Source: Chlorokybus atmophyticus
Lineage: Eukaryota > Plantae > Mesostigma and Chlorokybus algae
Length of the DNA stretch: 64,000 bases
Assembly (NCBI GenBank): GCA_009103225.1
Contig: RHPI01002910.1
Coordinates: 299,159 to 363,158, forward strand
Reading direction: 5' to 3'
Position numbers and translations under genes: made by a program. Shown here in pieces: positions 13,534 through 24,007 of the stretch. The notes beneath the pieces were generated by a model. It made no database searches, had not been told where the DNA came from, and saw nothing but the letters and a program-made list of their open reading frames with translations. How positions within the stretch are numbered: position 1 is the first letter of the stretch; the number at the start of each line of letters is the position of its first letter.

Positions 13534-14110
13534 TACTATTGGTAGTGCTGTTGACACAGTTCTTTACATGAGCGGAAAATGTGTTACACTGTTAAGTGAG
13601 TTGAATGAGCAAGCAACACGTGGATGCTATGCCCTAACGGATGCCAACAAGCACACCGCGACCAAGTGCACCAAGCCCACAGCAACGACAAGCACGGTGC
13701 ACACAAGCATGCACAGAGTCTCGAACGGTGAGGGGATTTTTGATTACGAGGATGGCGTGTTCATAGTTCAAGTCGCTCATAAGCTCCTAGCTTTCTCACT
13801 CACAGTGTCACCAGCTGATCCGGTAAACACCGCAACTACTTATACAAGTCAAGTCATGACCGTTCAGAACACAAGCTAATGGTTATATCGGGGCTATTCC
13901 CATAAGAAACTCCCTCTCGACATAGAACATAACGTGTAACTGAATGTACAACTGAATCAGCTACGCGCGGTGCCTATGTAGGCTACGGTCATGAGCTAGC
14001 TACTGGTCAGTGACGTGCGCGGGTTGGTATGCTGATAGTTCGGGCGAGGGTCTTGATGTAAGCATGCCCGATGCCCCAGGCTGGCACACGAGGACAATAG
14101 GCATAACAGC
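13521..14110 (-). repeat. Repeat A2 (LTR-like, ~590 bp), direct copy of 24008-24614
   Basis: Colinear match over the full length (e.g. acacagttcttt.catgagcggaaaatgtgtt.cactgttaagtgag; ctacgcgcggtgcctatgtaggctacggtcat; gagggtcttgatgtaagcatgcccgatg). Roughly 85-90% identical by eye. Begins TGT on the element strand. Confidence 0.92.
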
Positions 14111-14131
14111 TGTTGGGTCAAGGAGAGTCGA

Positions 14132-14359
14132 GGGTCACGTTCTCTCGTGCCGCTGAAAGGACAGACATGCTTGCTGGACATGCTATTGCAGCATGCTGTA
14201 GCATGTTTGGTGGTGTTAGCAAAGCAAACAGATAACCCAGCTCTGGTAACAGTAGGTGCTTCCTGAAGCACGTTCGCCGATGTGGAGTGCTACGGAGATG
14301 TGGAGCGAATCTCTTTTTTAGTATATATGCCGTGCTGTAAGACACAATCAACAAGCCAC
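14132..14359 (-). repeat. Repeat B1, between the PHD finger and A2
   Basis: Direct copy of 13303-13533. Confidence 0.9.
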
Positions 14360-14439
14360 CCCGCTGAGCCTCTGAGGAGGTTCCAGCTCCAGAGCTCAGT
14401 GTTTAGCGCGTTTAGCGAGTGTGGAGGGCCGTCGGCGCG

Positions 14440-14574
14440 GCAGTCATCACACAAGTACTCCTCCATGGGTATTGCATCCAGTGGGGGCTTCAGACAGTAG
14501 CAATGCAAGCCCCTGTTGCAGCCATTGCAGAGCATCATAAGCGAGTCGGCGGCGGCGCTGCCGCAGCGCTCGCA
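14440..14574 (-). pseudogene. PHD finger (C4HC3) at the C-terminus of the retroelement Pol
   Basis: CERCGSAAADSLMMLCNGCNRGLHCYCLKPPLDAIPMEEYLCDDC has all eight Zn ligands. It follows the integrase C-terminal region. Confidence 0.92.
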
Positions 14575-14649
14575 ACGCGTGCTGCGGGCGGGGTGAGGGT
14601 GTTTGATGCGCCAGAACCCTGCTATGTAAGGGAGGTGACAAGGCGCGTA

Positions 14650-15600
14650 GTTCACCATGTTTTCCTTCAGCCTCTCGCCATTCTAGCCGAGGAGGTCCAT
14701 TACCCCTGTGGGGTACACTTTGAGCACCTTGTAGACTGTGCGGCCAAGGAGGTGTCAAGCGCGTCCTTGGTGGCCTCCATGCGGTAGGCAAAGTCTCCTG
14801 GTTGACACCGGTGTTGGCGCTCTTGATAGAATCCACTGCGCACGCGCTCATAGCGTAGCGTGTCGCGGTGCTGCGCGATGCGCAAGTTGTTGAAGGCCAT
14901 AGGGACTGTGCGCTCAAATAGTGATGCGCGCGTGATAATGTCATGGTGCATCCAGTCGAGGTCGTCGAGGTTGTTCACCACGCGATCCACCTCCTGCTGT
15001 GCATGAAAAGGAAGCAGCGGCGGTCGCTTAAACGGTACATAGTACGGACCATACTCGCGCAGAGCTGCCTGCTTGACAGTCCGTATCCAAGAGCCACTCT
15101 TGGGAGGTGGTCATGCCAGGTGTTCTTCTCATACTCCAGCACACACTTGCGGAGTGCCTTCTAGTTGGTCTGCACCGCGCGCTCGGCAAGACCATCAGCT
15201 TTGGGGTGATTACGCGAGGTACAGTGATGGTCGATGTAGCACCTGTCCAAGAGAGTGTCGAACTCCCCTCTGAACTCAATTCCTTGGTCGGTGATGACCT
15301 CTACGCAGCTGCCGAACCGACTGAGGACATGAGAGAGGAAGGCTTGAGCCACCCCCTACTGCTCTTGTCGGGTAGTGGCACAAGCTCCACCCATTTGGAG
15401 AAATGCTCGATCACTATTAAGATGTAACGGTTGCCGCGTGCCGAGGGTGCTAAAGAGGGCAATGATGATGCTTTCGCGTGTGGCCGGTGTCGGCACCTCC
15501 TTGTTCACCATGGAGGCGACGATACAGCTTGTCGTCCGCCCAGCGGTAGTGCTGGGTGCGTAGGTTGACGCGGTCCTTCTCACGCACTTATACCGAAGGG
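14650..15600 (-). pseudogene. DDE (rve) integrase, frameshifted; N-terminal HHCC zinc region apparently deleted
   Basis: NRYILIVIEHFSKWVELVPLPDKSS; AFLSHVLSRFGSCVEVITDQGIEFRGEFDTLL; SRNHPKADGLAERAVQT; C-terminal LRIAQHRDTLRYERVRSG...FQPGD-like segment. Confidence 0.9.
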
Positions 15601-15929
15601 AAGCTGACTACTTTGAAGAAAGGTGAGGGATGGCTTGTCCAGCCATATGTTATGCCTGATGTCGTTGGGTGTTAGCTCTGTGTCATCGACCTCAATGTCG
15701 CCACCATGAGTGGTCTCTGCGGGTGTGGTGGTTGCGGAGTCAGTGGGCTCAAAAGCAGGTACTGCGTTCAGTTGTTGCTGAGGCACCGGCGTCAGTGTTG
15801 CGCCCTGAGCGCAACGCGGTGACAGCAGACATGGCAACCACGGTTGGAGCTGATGATGCAGCGCCGAGCTCATGCCGAGCATCAGTTGCATCGTTGATGC
15901 TCAGGTTGGGGTTACAAATGAGTCCATCG

Positions 15930-17170
15930 GCGTCTTGGTTGGTGAGGCCAGCGCGGTGGTCAATCTCGAAGTCATACTCTTGCAAGGTCCAGTGGGCAAG
16001 TTTGCCAGTAAAATGGTTGGTCATCGACCAACTGAATGGCTGATGATTGGTGATTAACTAAAACTGTCGGTCGAAGAGGGAGGGTCGAAAGAAGGAGATA
16101 GCCCACACTGCAGCGAGACACTCTCTCTCGTAGCTGCTGTAGTTGACCTCGGCACTATTGTTCCTCCGGCTGGCGTACGACACCCCTCTTTCTTATTTGC
16201 ATCGTGCTGCACCAGCATGGCTCCCATCCCGAGCTTGCTCCAATCGGTGTGAAGGATGAAAGGCTTGGTGTAGTCAGGGCGCTGAAGGATGGGTGCTGTG
16301 GTGAGCCTGCTTTTCAGCTCCTTGAAGGCCCACTGTTGCGGCTCCTTCCACACGAATTTCACTTCTTTCTTCAGTAGCTCGTTGAGGGGTCGCGCTATCT
16401 TTGCGATGTCCTTCACGAACCGGCGATAGTAGTTGACAAGGCCCAAAAAGGCGCGCAGGCGCGTGAGGTCCGTTGGAGCAGGGATAGCTGCTCGGGCCTC
16501 CACCTTTGCCTGCTGTACGTACACACCGTGGGGCACAATCATGTGTCCCAAGTAGCGTACCTTGTGAATGAAGAAGGTGCACTTGTCGGCGTGCACAGTC
16601 ATCCCCACTCCCTTGAGCCTCTCCAGCACCTCATTAATGTGCTGTATGTGCTCTTCGTTTCTGCGGCTGAAGATGAGGATGTCGTCGATGTAGCACCGCG
16701 CGTTCAGCCCCTTCAAGGCTTTGTTCATCACCCGCTAAAACTTGGCGGGGGCATTCTTCGGCCCGAACGGCATCACCTTCAACTGGCGGTTGCCCCAGAA
16801 GGAGGTCTTGTGCTTGTCCTCGTCTTTAATGGCGATTTGGTTATACCCTTAGCGCATGTCGAGGATGCTGAAGACTGTGCAGTCTCCTACATCGTCAAAG
16901 ATGCCCTCTGCTGTGGGCATTGGGTACCTGTCTTGTTTGGTCTTGTTGTTGAGGGGATGGTAGTTGCCGCACATGCGCCGTCCTGTCCAGTTGCCGAATC
17001 CTTTTTTAGTGGCATGACGGTCGCGGCTGCAAAATCCGATGTGGACTCCTCAATAAGGCTTGCGTCTAGGAGCGCCTTACATCTCTGTTCCACCAGATCC
17101 TCCTCTAGCTTTGAGACCATATATTGCCGTCGAAACACCGGCTTGGTATCAACCACCTCGATGTCTGGTA
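15930..17170 (-). pseudogene. Gypsy-type reverse transcriptase + RNase H (in-frame stops)
   Basis: PVFRRQYMVSKLEE..LLDASLIEESTSDFAAATVMPLKKD; RMCGNYHPLNNKTKQDRYPMP; VMPFGPKNAPAKF; CYIDDILIFS; FLGLVNYYRRFV; PILQRPDYTKPFILHTDWSKLGMGA; QEYDFEIDHRAGLTNQDADGL. Confidence 0.97.
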
Positions 17171-17479
17171 CACTGAACATGTACCCAGCTCCTTTACGGC
17201 AAAGCCAAATTGGCTCCTCCACTTCTTGAGGAGAGCCTCCAGCTTTTCTCATATGTCCTCCGTGGCAAGAGGGCCAATGGCGTGGTCTCAAGACGTTGCG
17301 TTGGCAACCACGAGGATGTCTTCCACTGTCACTGCTGCTTGCTCCTCCATGTGAACCACCTCAAGGGCTGTGTGAGCTGCCTTGGTGTCTGCAACGCGTT
17401 CAGCCCACCCCCTAGCCAGGTGTTCGAGATCGAAGGACACATGGCGAACCTGCAATGCGAAGCTCATCTCCAACATCCA

Positions 17480-18975
17480 GACCATGCTGTTTTGGTCCAT
17501 GGCGTGGCCGAGTAGCTGACATTGCTAACTGTTGGTTAGCGGGACCCTGTGATGCTGTTGGAAAAAAATCCTATGGCGTGTTCGCGCTCACGTGCGTTGG
17601 TTTCTTTTAGCTTGCTCGTCGTGGACGACGGGCAAGCTAAAATGTAACGGGAGCAATAATAATAGGGGTATTATTGCTACCAAATTAACACATTTTGTAT
17701 GAATAAGTATTTAAACATGCTTATTTATACCTCTTTTCTACGATTCTTCGCTTATTAAAGGCTATGATGCTTGATCATAGCTTAAATAAGTCCCAATGGG
17801 TGTAGAAGCGCTTATTCAAGCCTATTTAGTGTCACATTTCATATAATGTGATCACTATCTCGTCAGGTACCTTACGATAGGTATCTTTGGATAGGTACCT
17901 TATCGAAATGTACCTTATCTGAGATGTGATTGGCTCACGCTAGATTTCCTAACTACCCTATCTGTAGGGTCGATGTCTAGTTGTGAGTTAATTATCGAGA
18001 GGTATATAGTTGATATACTCTTGATATAAAAGGTCACATCAATGAGATGTGGGGATTTTCAGTTCTCTGCTCAGTGGCGGCCACACCGTTGAAAGGCTTG
18101 TCATATGCGGTGTGGGTGTTGGGGTAGAGGATTGAAGGGGCATCACCGGCGACGGTGGTGCTGTTACACAAAAGGTGTTAGACACCATGCCATCGCCTCG
18201 ATTGCGGAAGGCATAGGACCCGAGGTAGGACACCAAAGTGGGAAGTGCGCGGCGCGGTTGGCCAGGTTGGTTGCCTTAGTAGAATTGGCTGTGGTCAAGA
18301 CATGTGAATGGTTGACTCTGCGGCCGGGTTCGAGAATGTCATCGACGAAGAGGTTGCGTGTACTCTGCTGTCATCAGCTCCTCTGTGGTGGCCAAGTTTG
18401 CCCACTTAGCGCGCACGCGATGCGCACGGGAAGCATGGCGCGCTGCGTTTACCTTTAATAGATGCCAAAGAATGGAGCACACCATCCGGTAGGTGGAGGC
18501 TACATGGGGACGCTGGTTGTCCTCTGAGTGCACGTTCTCAAGGACGTGGCCTGGAGATCTGGTGCTGTTGGAGGAGGTGGATGGCTCTCATCAACTCTCA
18601 AAACAGACCTAAGCGAGGGTTGTTCAGGCCTTGGCCTCTTCCTACCCTCGAGTGTTCTTGGCACTCCCATCCAGCTATTAACAAGTCGATGTTGCCAAGG
18701 GACAGCAAGTGGTCCTCTGTGATTAATCTGATGTCTTGTAGCCATGCCTTGAGGCTGCCTTGCAGTGTCGACGAGGGCAGTTGCTGTGGATAGCGCTCGT
18801 GCAGCTGACGCAGATGGTGCTTAAGGGCTGTTTGAGCGCGCAGGTCAGGGTCGTAATTATAATACTTGGTGACTTTGACACCTGTATTGAGGACTGCAGC
18901 GAGACCACTGCCGATGCCTCCAAACAGTTCGAACACTGTGATGCCTTGCTGCCGCCGAATGGTATGGAACTTCAC
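17480..18975 (-). pseudogene. DNMT3-like C5-cytosine DNA methyltransferase domain inside Pol (between protease and RT), interrupted by a solo LTR
   Basis: Motifs occur in canonical order: I VFELFGGIG (18910-18930), IV LLIAGWECQ (18658-18672), VI VLENV (18531-18539), VIII AARHASRAHRVRAKWANL (18393-18425). Beyond the insertion are IX ETNARERE-HAIGF (17566-17604) and X QLLGHAMD (~17495-17515). Confidence 0.9.
17643..18168 (-). mobile_element. Solo LTR (526 bp) of a second LTR family, nested in the DNMT domain
   Basis: Termini TGTAAC...GTTACA. Flanks TAAAA/CAAAA (5-bp TSD with one mismatch). AT-rich. Inverted homolog of 32194-32714. Retroelement coding sequence resumes on both sides. Confidence 0.85.
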
Positions 18976-19279
18976 GACTCTTGTGGAAGCGCGAAGTGAT
19001 CAGCGGCTGGGTCAGCAAGAGGTGCGCGTCCACATGTGCCCGCCAACGGTGTTCGGCCGGGTCTGATAATGCCACCTCATTGTGGTATCCTCCTTAGTGC
19101 AAGGAGTGGGATCGGCGTTGTCTGCGCGGCAAGGGGCTGCGACGGCAGCGCCTCTTGTGCGAGTGTTGTCATTTGTGGCTGATACCGCCTCCCGTGTGCG
19201 CACGCAATTGCGCATGGTTATTGCAGCCACTTTGCATTGGGCACGCGTGCGTGACACCAACTCAAGAGGCAGGAAGCTC

Positions 19280-19690
19280 TGTACTTCTCCGTCATCTCCA
19301 TCCCAATGTGGTCGGAACCACGCCCGCTCTGTCCAGTAGTCAAGGCCCATACCCACGGGAAAGTCCTGTCCAAGCAGGAAATCGAAGGAGCCAGCGCTGG
19401 TGACCACGCATTGCTGAACGATCTCTATGGTGTGGGTCGGGTCCAGCCCTATCAACCGGATGCTAAAGGCCTCCTCGGTGACCCCCATCACCTTGTCACG
19501 GCTCCTCGTTAATGTGTCCAGTACGTATGGGCAAGGCATCAAGTCCAAGCTGGTGATGCCAAGGGACCGCACGAGGAAGCGCCCGATGATAACCGGCTGT
19601 GCTCCAGTGTCCAGCATCACCCGCTTGGGTGCCAGGCCATTGATGGTCATATGCTTGCCTTGGTTGGCTACCATGGCAGCGTTGGCGTTG
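19280..19690 (-). pseudogene. Retropepsin-type aspartic protease
   Basis: HMTINGLAPKRVMLDTGAQPVIIG (DTG at ~19603-19611)...FDFLLGQDF (ILG-type motif). Confidence 0.88.
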
Positions 19691-21899
19691 ATGCGTAGCC
19701 TCTTTGTGCGAGCTGTCGGCACCGATGCCTCATGTCTCTCAGCTGATCAGCTGAAGGTGCTAAGCGCATCGCAGCCAGAGCTCCTCTGCCTGCTGGATAT
19801 TGCAATTGACTACCCCCTCCTTGTCCTCTCCCTTTGCGAAGTTGACTTGTCGTGGTGGTTGGTAGACTCGGGGAGGCCTTTGCGCTAGGGGGTTTTGTGC
19901 TGGCTGCGGTGGAAGTGATGGTGGATGCCGCCTTTGAGAGGATGGGATCATGCCTGTCGGCGTCCCCAATAGTTGACGAGGAAAGCCCGGCAAACCCGGT
20001 GTTTTCGGGCCTGCCTCGTGTTCTGCTTGCTCTGCGGTGTAGGTCCATCGGACAGCATGAGCTGCCTCCCTGACCAATGTCCCTTCTTACGAGGCTGTGG
20101 GCTCTGTGTCTACATTGGTCCAGTGCTGATATTGTGGCATGGGCTGCAGATATACTACGCGCAGTAACCGCTGCCGCATGTCGTGAGTAATGGTGGGGAC
20201 TCGCAAGATCCCTGCCATGTAGGCATCCACATGCCTTGTACCACGCCCACATCGAGCACAGTCATGGCGCGCGCTCGTATGGTGCGTTGAGGGTCGGTTT
20301 ACTGCGCGTGTATTTCGTGAGCGATAGCGATGTGCCGGAGTTGCCGTGCTGGTTCTACTCCCAGCAGCCGCAGCATTGCCTCCTGCACTCCCTCCAGAAT
20401 GTCTGGCGCACTGGTGGTAGCTTCATCGTATGCTTGCCGCATCGAGCGGATGAATGCCCCCAACCATGATGCTATGTTGCCAAAGGCGAACATGGGAACA
20501 GCGGGGTAATTGGCGACGAGCCACGTCACGAGTTGTGCTCAAGAGGCGCTGCCTTCTCGCATCCCCATCATCTGTCTCAATACACTGCCTCCAGGCCGCT
20601 GCAGCATGACGGCTTGCCGTATGAGAGCGGTTCGGGGTTGTTGCTCTCCTACCATATCAGCTCCTCCTTGCTGGGTGGTGTCTCCTTGTGGGGTGAGGTA
20701 ACCTCGCCCTGCATCCCGGTGATCATCAGGCATACCATCGATCAGAGGGGGCAATAGCGGGGCAATTACCCCCCTCAATTGTTGTGCCAACGCCCTCGCT
20801 TGGTTAGCAACATTTGTTTGCCCTGACTGTGTGACTGTGGTTTGCGCTTATGGCACAACGGCTAGTGCAGTGCAGGTGCCGGCGACATCTAACGGTCCCG
20901 TGGGTTGAACCGCAGCGGTGCGTGCTGCTTCATACACCTGTCGGCGTGCGTCAACTTGGGCGGCTTGATCTTGCCGATAGCGATGTGCCTGTTCAAGCGC
21001 AGAGAATTTTCCTGTGACTCCCCTATGTGAGTCCACGGAGTGCCGGGTCAGCGCCCGGCGGCATGTTTGAGGTGGTCACCATGAGGCGCTGCACTCGGCG
21101 ATGCTGATGTCCGTGCCGGTCCAGCGGTGAAGGCTTAAAATCAATTTGTTGCGCTGGCATGAGCTGTTATGATTGGTTGGGTGCGTTTTGCAGCCTTGCG
21201 TGCACTGCCAAAAACTGAATTGCCAGCTCCAACACAGCGAGGCGCCGGTATGTGACCCTGAAGAGACGATCTCTCCTCTCCTCTCCTCTTATCTCAGGAG
21301 CAGTGCCAGCTAGAATCTCATCGTCCAATTGTTGCTAGGTGGGCTCCGATAGTGTATGGTATTCGAGCGGTGGTAGCGGCAGGATGCAATTATCTCGCGC
21401 TACATGCATTGTGCGTCGCCCCCCGAGCCTGTATGCAATGGTGGTGGGCTCGATGTTGCATAGGACGGACACCCAAGCGCGCTCCGCTTGCGGTCCGCGT
21501 GGTACTTGTTGAGTGACATCAAGGTGCGGAGGAGGGGCCGCACGAACCCCTGATGGTGCGGCGGCAGTGACAGCAAGGGCTGTTAGAGGTGCGGCAACAT
21601 CAACTGCAGCAAAAGTTGTGGCACGTGCAACAGTCGTGGTGACGGAGTGAGCATTGCAACAGTCGTGACAGGGGCAGTGTCCGCAGCTGTAGCGGGTGTG
21701 GTGCCAACACCACCAGTGGGTTCGCCAGCCATGGCTGCAGCATCCTCAGTGCCAGTCATCTCTAGCGCCAACTTGGTGCTAGGTGTATCCGCACTGGCTG
21801 CACTGGTGGGTGTTCTCGTCGACGGGGTCGTCTCAGTAAAGGTTGTGGCCGGCGAGCCAGCCCCACTTGTAACTTCCAACGATGTTGCTGTTGACGATG

Positions 21900-23796
21900 C
21901 GCCTGCCTCTTTACGCGCACATCTTTATGGTTGAACACGCGATGGCGATGGGGTGTCTCTGTTGCGTTTCGGTGCCATCCAGGCCCATCGGGCAACGTAG
22001 CAGGCTTGGTAGCTTTGCTCCTTGTCTTCTTCAAGCTGAGCCACTTGTGCTATAAGGGCCGCGACTAGGTTGACAGCTGATGAGCTGGCTGATGCTTTTA
22101 TAGCAGCACATCCAATGCGCGGGCGTCCCTCGGGTCCCTTGCGCTGTGGAGGGCGGTTCTTCCCTCCGTAACTAGTTCCCTGTTTTCAAGCGCCGGCGTG
22201 GTTGTTGGGGTTGTGGCCGCCAGCGTTGTTGCCGTTGTTGTGACCACCAGCGTTGTTGCTATTGTTGTAGCCACCTGCGTTGCTGTTGTTGTAGTCCCCG
22301 CCGTTATTGTTGTTATTGTTGTTGTTGCTGCGATAGCCACCAACGTTGTTACTGTTGTTGTAGCCAATAGAGGGCCGCAGCTCGGGGAACTTGAGCCAAC
22401 ATACTGCTTCCAAATGTCCCGTCTTGTGGCAGTAGTCGTACACAAAATTGCCATACTCTTCGGTGCACTCCTTTTAGTAGTGTCCATGTCGACCACATTA
22501 ATGGCACAGCACTGGAGCAACAAGGGCAGCATAAGCTGACCGTTTGTCCTTGTTGTTGCGCGTGACTTGAGCATCCCGACTGCGATCTCGTCTAGGGGGC
22601 TTAACACTCGCTTGCTATGGGACGCGAGGCGCTCTGGTTGGTGTCCAACACTGCCTTCTCATACACCGCACGCTTGTGAATGGCTTGTGCAGTCTCGAAA
22701 GCTTTCTTGAGGGTGTAGCCGAGGGGTCTACTGCAGTTCAGTGTCAAACGCGTCGACTCACTAAAGGTGGGGTCCAACTCAGCCACGTACACCATTGCGG
22801 CTGCCTCTTCACTAACGATTTTGTAATCAGTGTCCTTTAGTAGTCCTTCTAGCCGCGAATACACCCGGAGAGGGTCCTCGTTGGGCTTGCGTCGAAAGAG
22901 TCTTTAGATCCCCCACCTTGCTGGTGGTCTGAGACGGAAGGTACGCCGCAGTGCTGCTTACAAGTCCTTGAGAGGAGAGTCCAACATGATAGCACCAATG
23001 GTGATGGCTGGCGCGCAACGCTACCGAGCAAAGTGGGAAAGGGATGACTCCTGCCGGAGTATGCGAGCCCGGTGTTAGCGGTACTGGTGTCCCCGTTTCC
23101 AAGGCTGCAGTTTGTTGTTTAGCCTGCTGAGCCTCAATGATGGCAGCGGTGCGGTTAAGCACTATGATCCGTCGGTTGGCCTTCTTGACCTCGACCTTTG
23201 CAGGTGTTAGCGAGGCAACAACCAGCTCGGCTTCTTTGTCCTCTGCTCGTTGCATGGCTAAGGCTAACGCCCGACCGGTGACTGGGGTTGGAGGGACCAC
23301 TGCTGCTGAGGCAGCAGCTGCTGGGCTATTCGTCGGTGCAGGTGCTATGGTGCTGGCAAGCTCGCCATAGCCATCGACTCTGTGCAGCTCAACAATGGAC
23401 TTTCACATAGTGTGCCTTATGATCAAGGTATTGCGCCATGATATGGAATGACACTTCATCTGACCAGTCCTTGTTCTTAAAGGCTTGCTGCCGTATCTTG
23501 GAGTGGAACTTGATGATGACTTCATCAAGTGGTGTGGTGCCCGCACGTCCAAAGAAGCGCAGGGTGTTGGTTGAGCTGGAGGGCTCCATTTCTTCGTCGT
23601 CATTGTCCGAGGGAGGTGGAGAAGCTTGATGGCAAGGAGTGAAATGGGAGGAGGTGAAGCCGGGATTAGGGCGTGAGCCTCTGCTGCTACGGTAACTGCC
23701 TCCTTCACTTGCTCGTTCGTAAGTGGGGTTGGAGGTCGAGCTCCAGCTGCTGAGGTCCCCCTCGTCCATTGGCGAGAACCGGGTGGGCCTGCTCAT
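21900..23796 (-). pseudogene. Gag-like region: capsid-like segment, degenerate CCHC knuckle, G/N-rich low-complexity tract
   Basis: DLKTLFRRKPNEDPLRVYSRLEGLL (retrotransposon gag-like); (Y/C)DYCHKTGHLEAVC knuckle at 22399-22440; NNSNNAGG-type repeats at 22200-22370. Confidence 0.75.
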
Positions 23797-24007
23797 ACAG
23801 CTGATGCAAAGATGAAAGTATATGATGGGTAGAGTGTTTGTGCTCTACACGGTTCTCGCAATGCCGCTACCACTCACCGCATTAGTGCTTGTGCGCACTA
23901 TGTGGTGAAAGTGATAATGTTGCACGAGGATGTATCCAATTGCAAGCGGCACTTCTGATGTGCAGGATGCAACCACACTCACTTTAGCAAAGAGGGTGAC
24001 GCTGTGA

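Noticed and set aside
16528-17229. 233-aa plus-strand ORF
   Set aside because: It is the antisense shadow of the RT coding region, with no independent coding signal.
19700-21900. Tyrosine recombinase as an explanation for the split repeats
   Set aside because: No R-H-x-x-R-Y catalytic pattern was recognised. The element has a clear DDE integrase instead.
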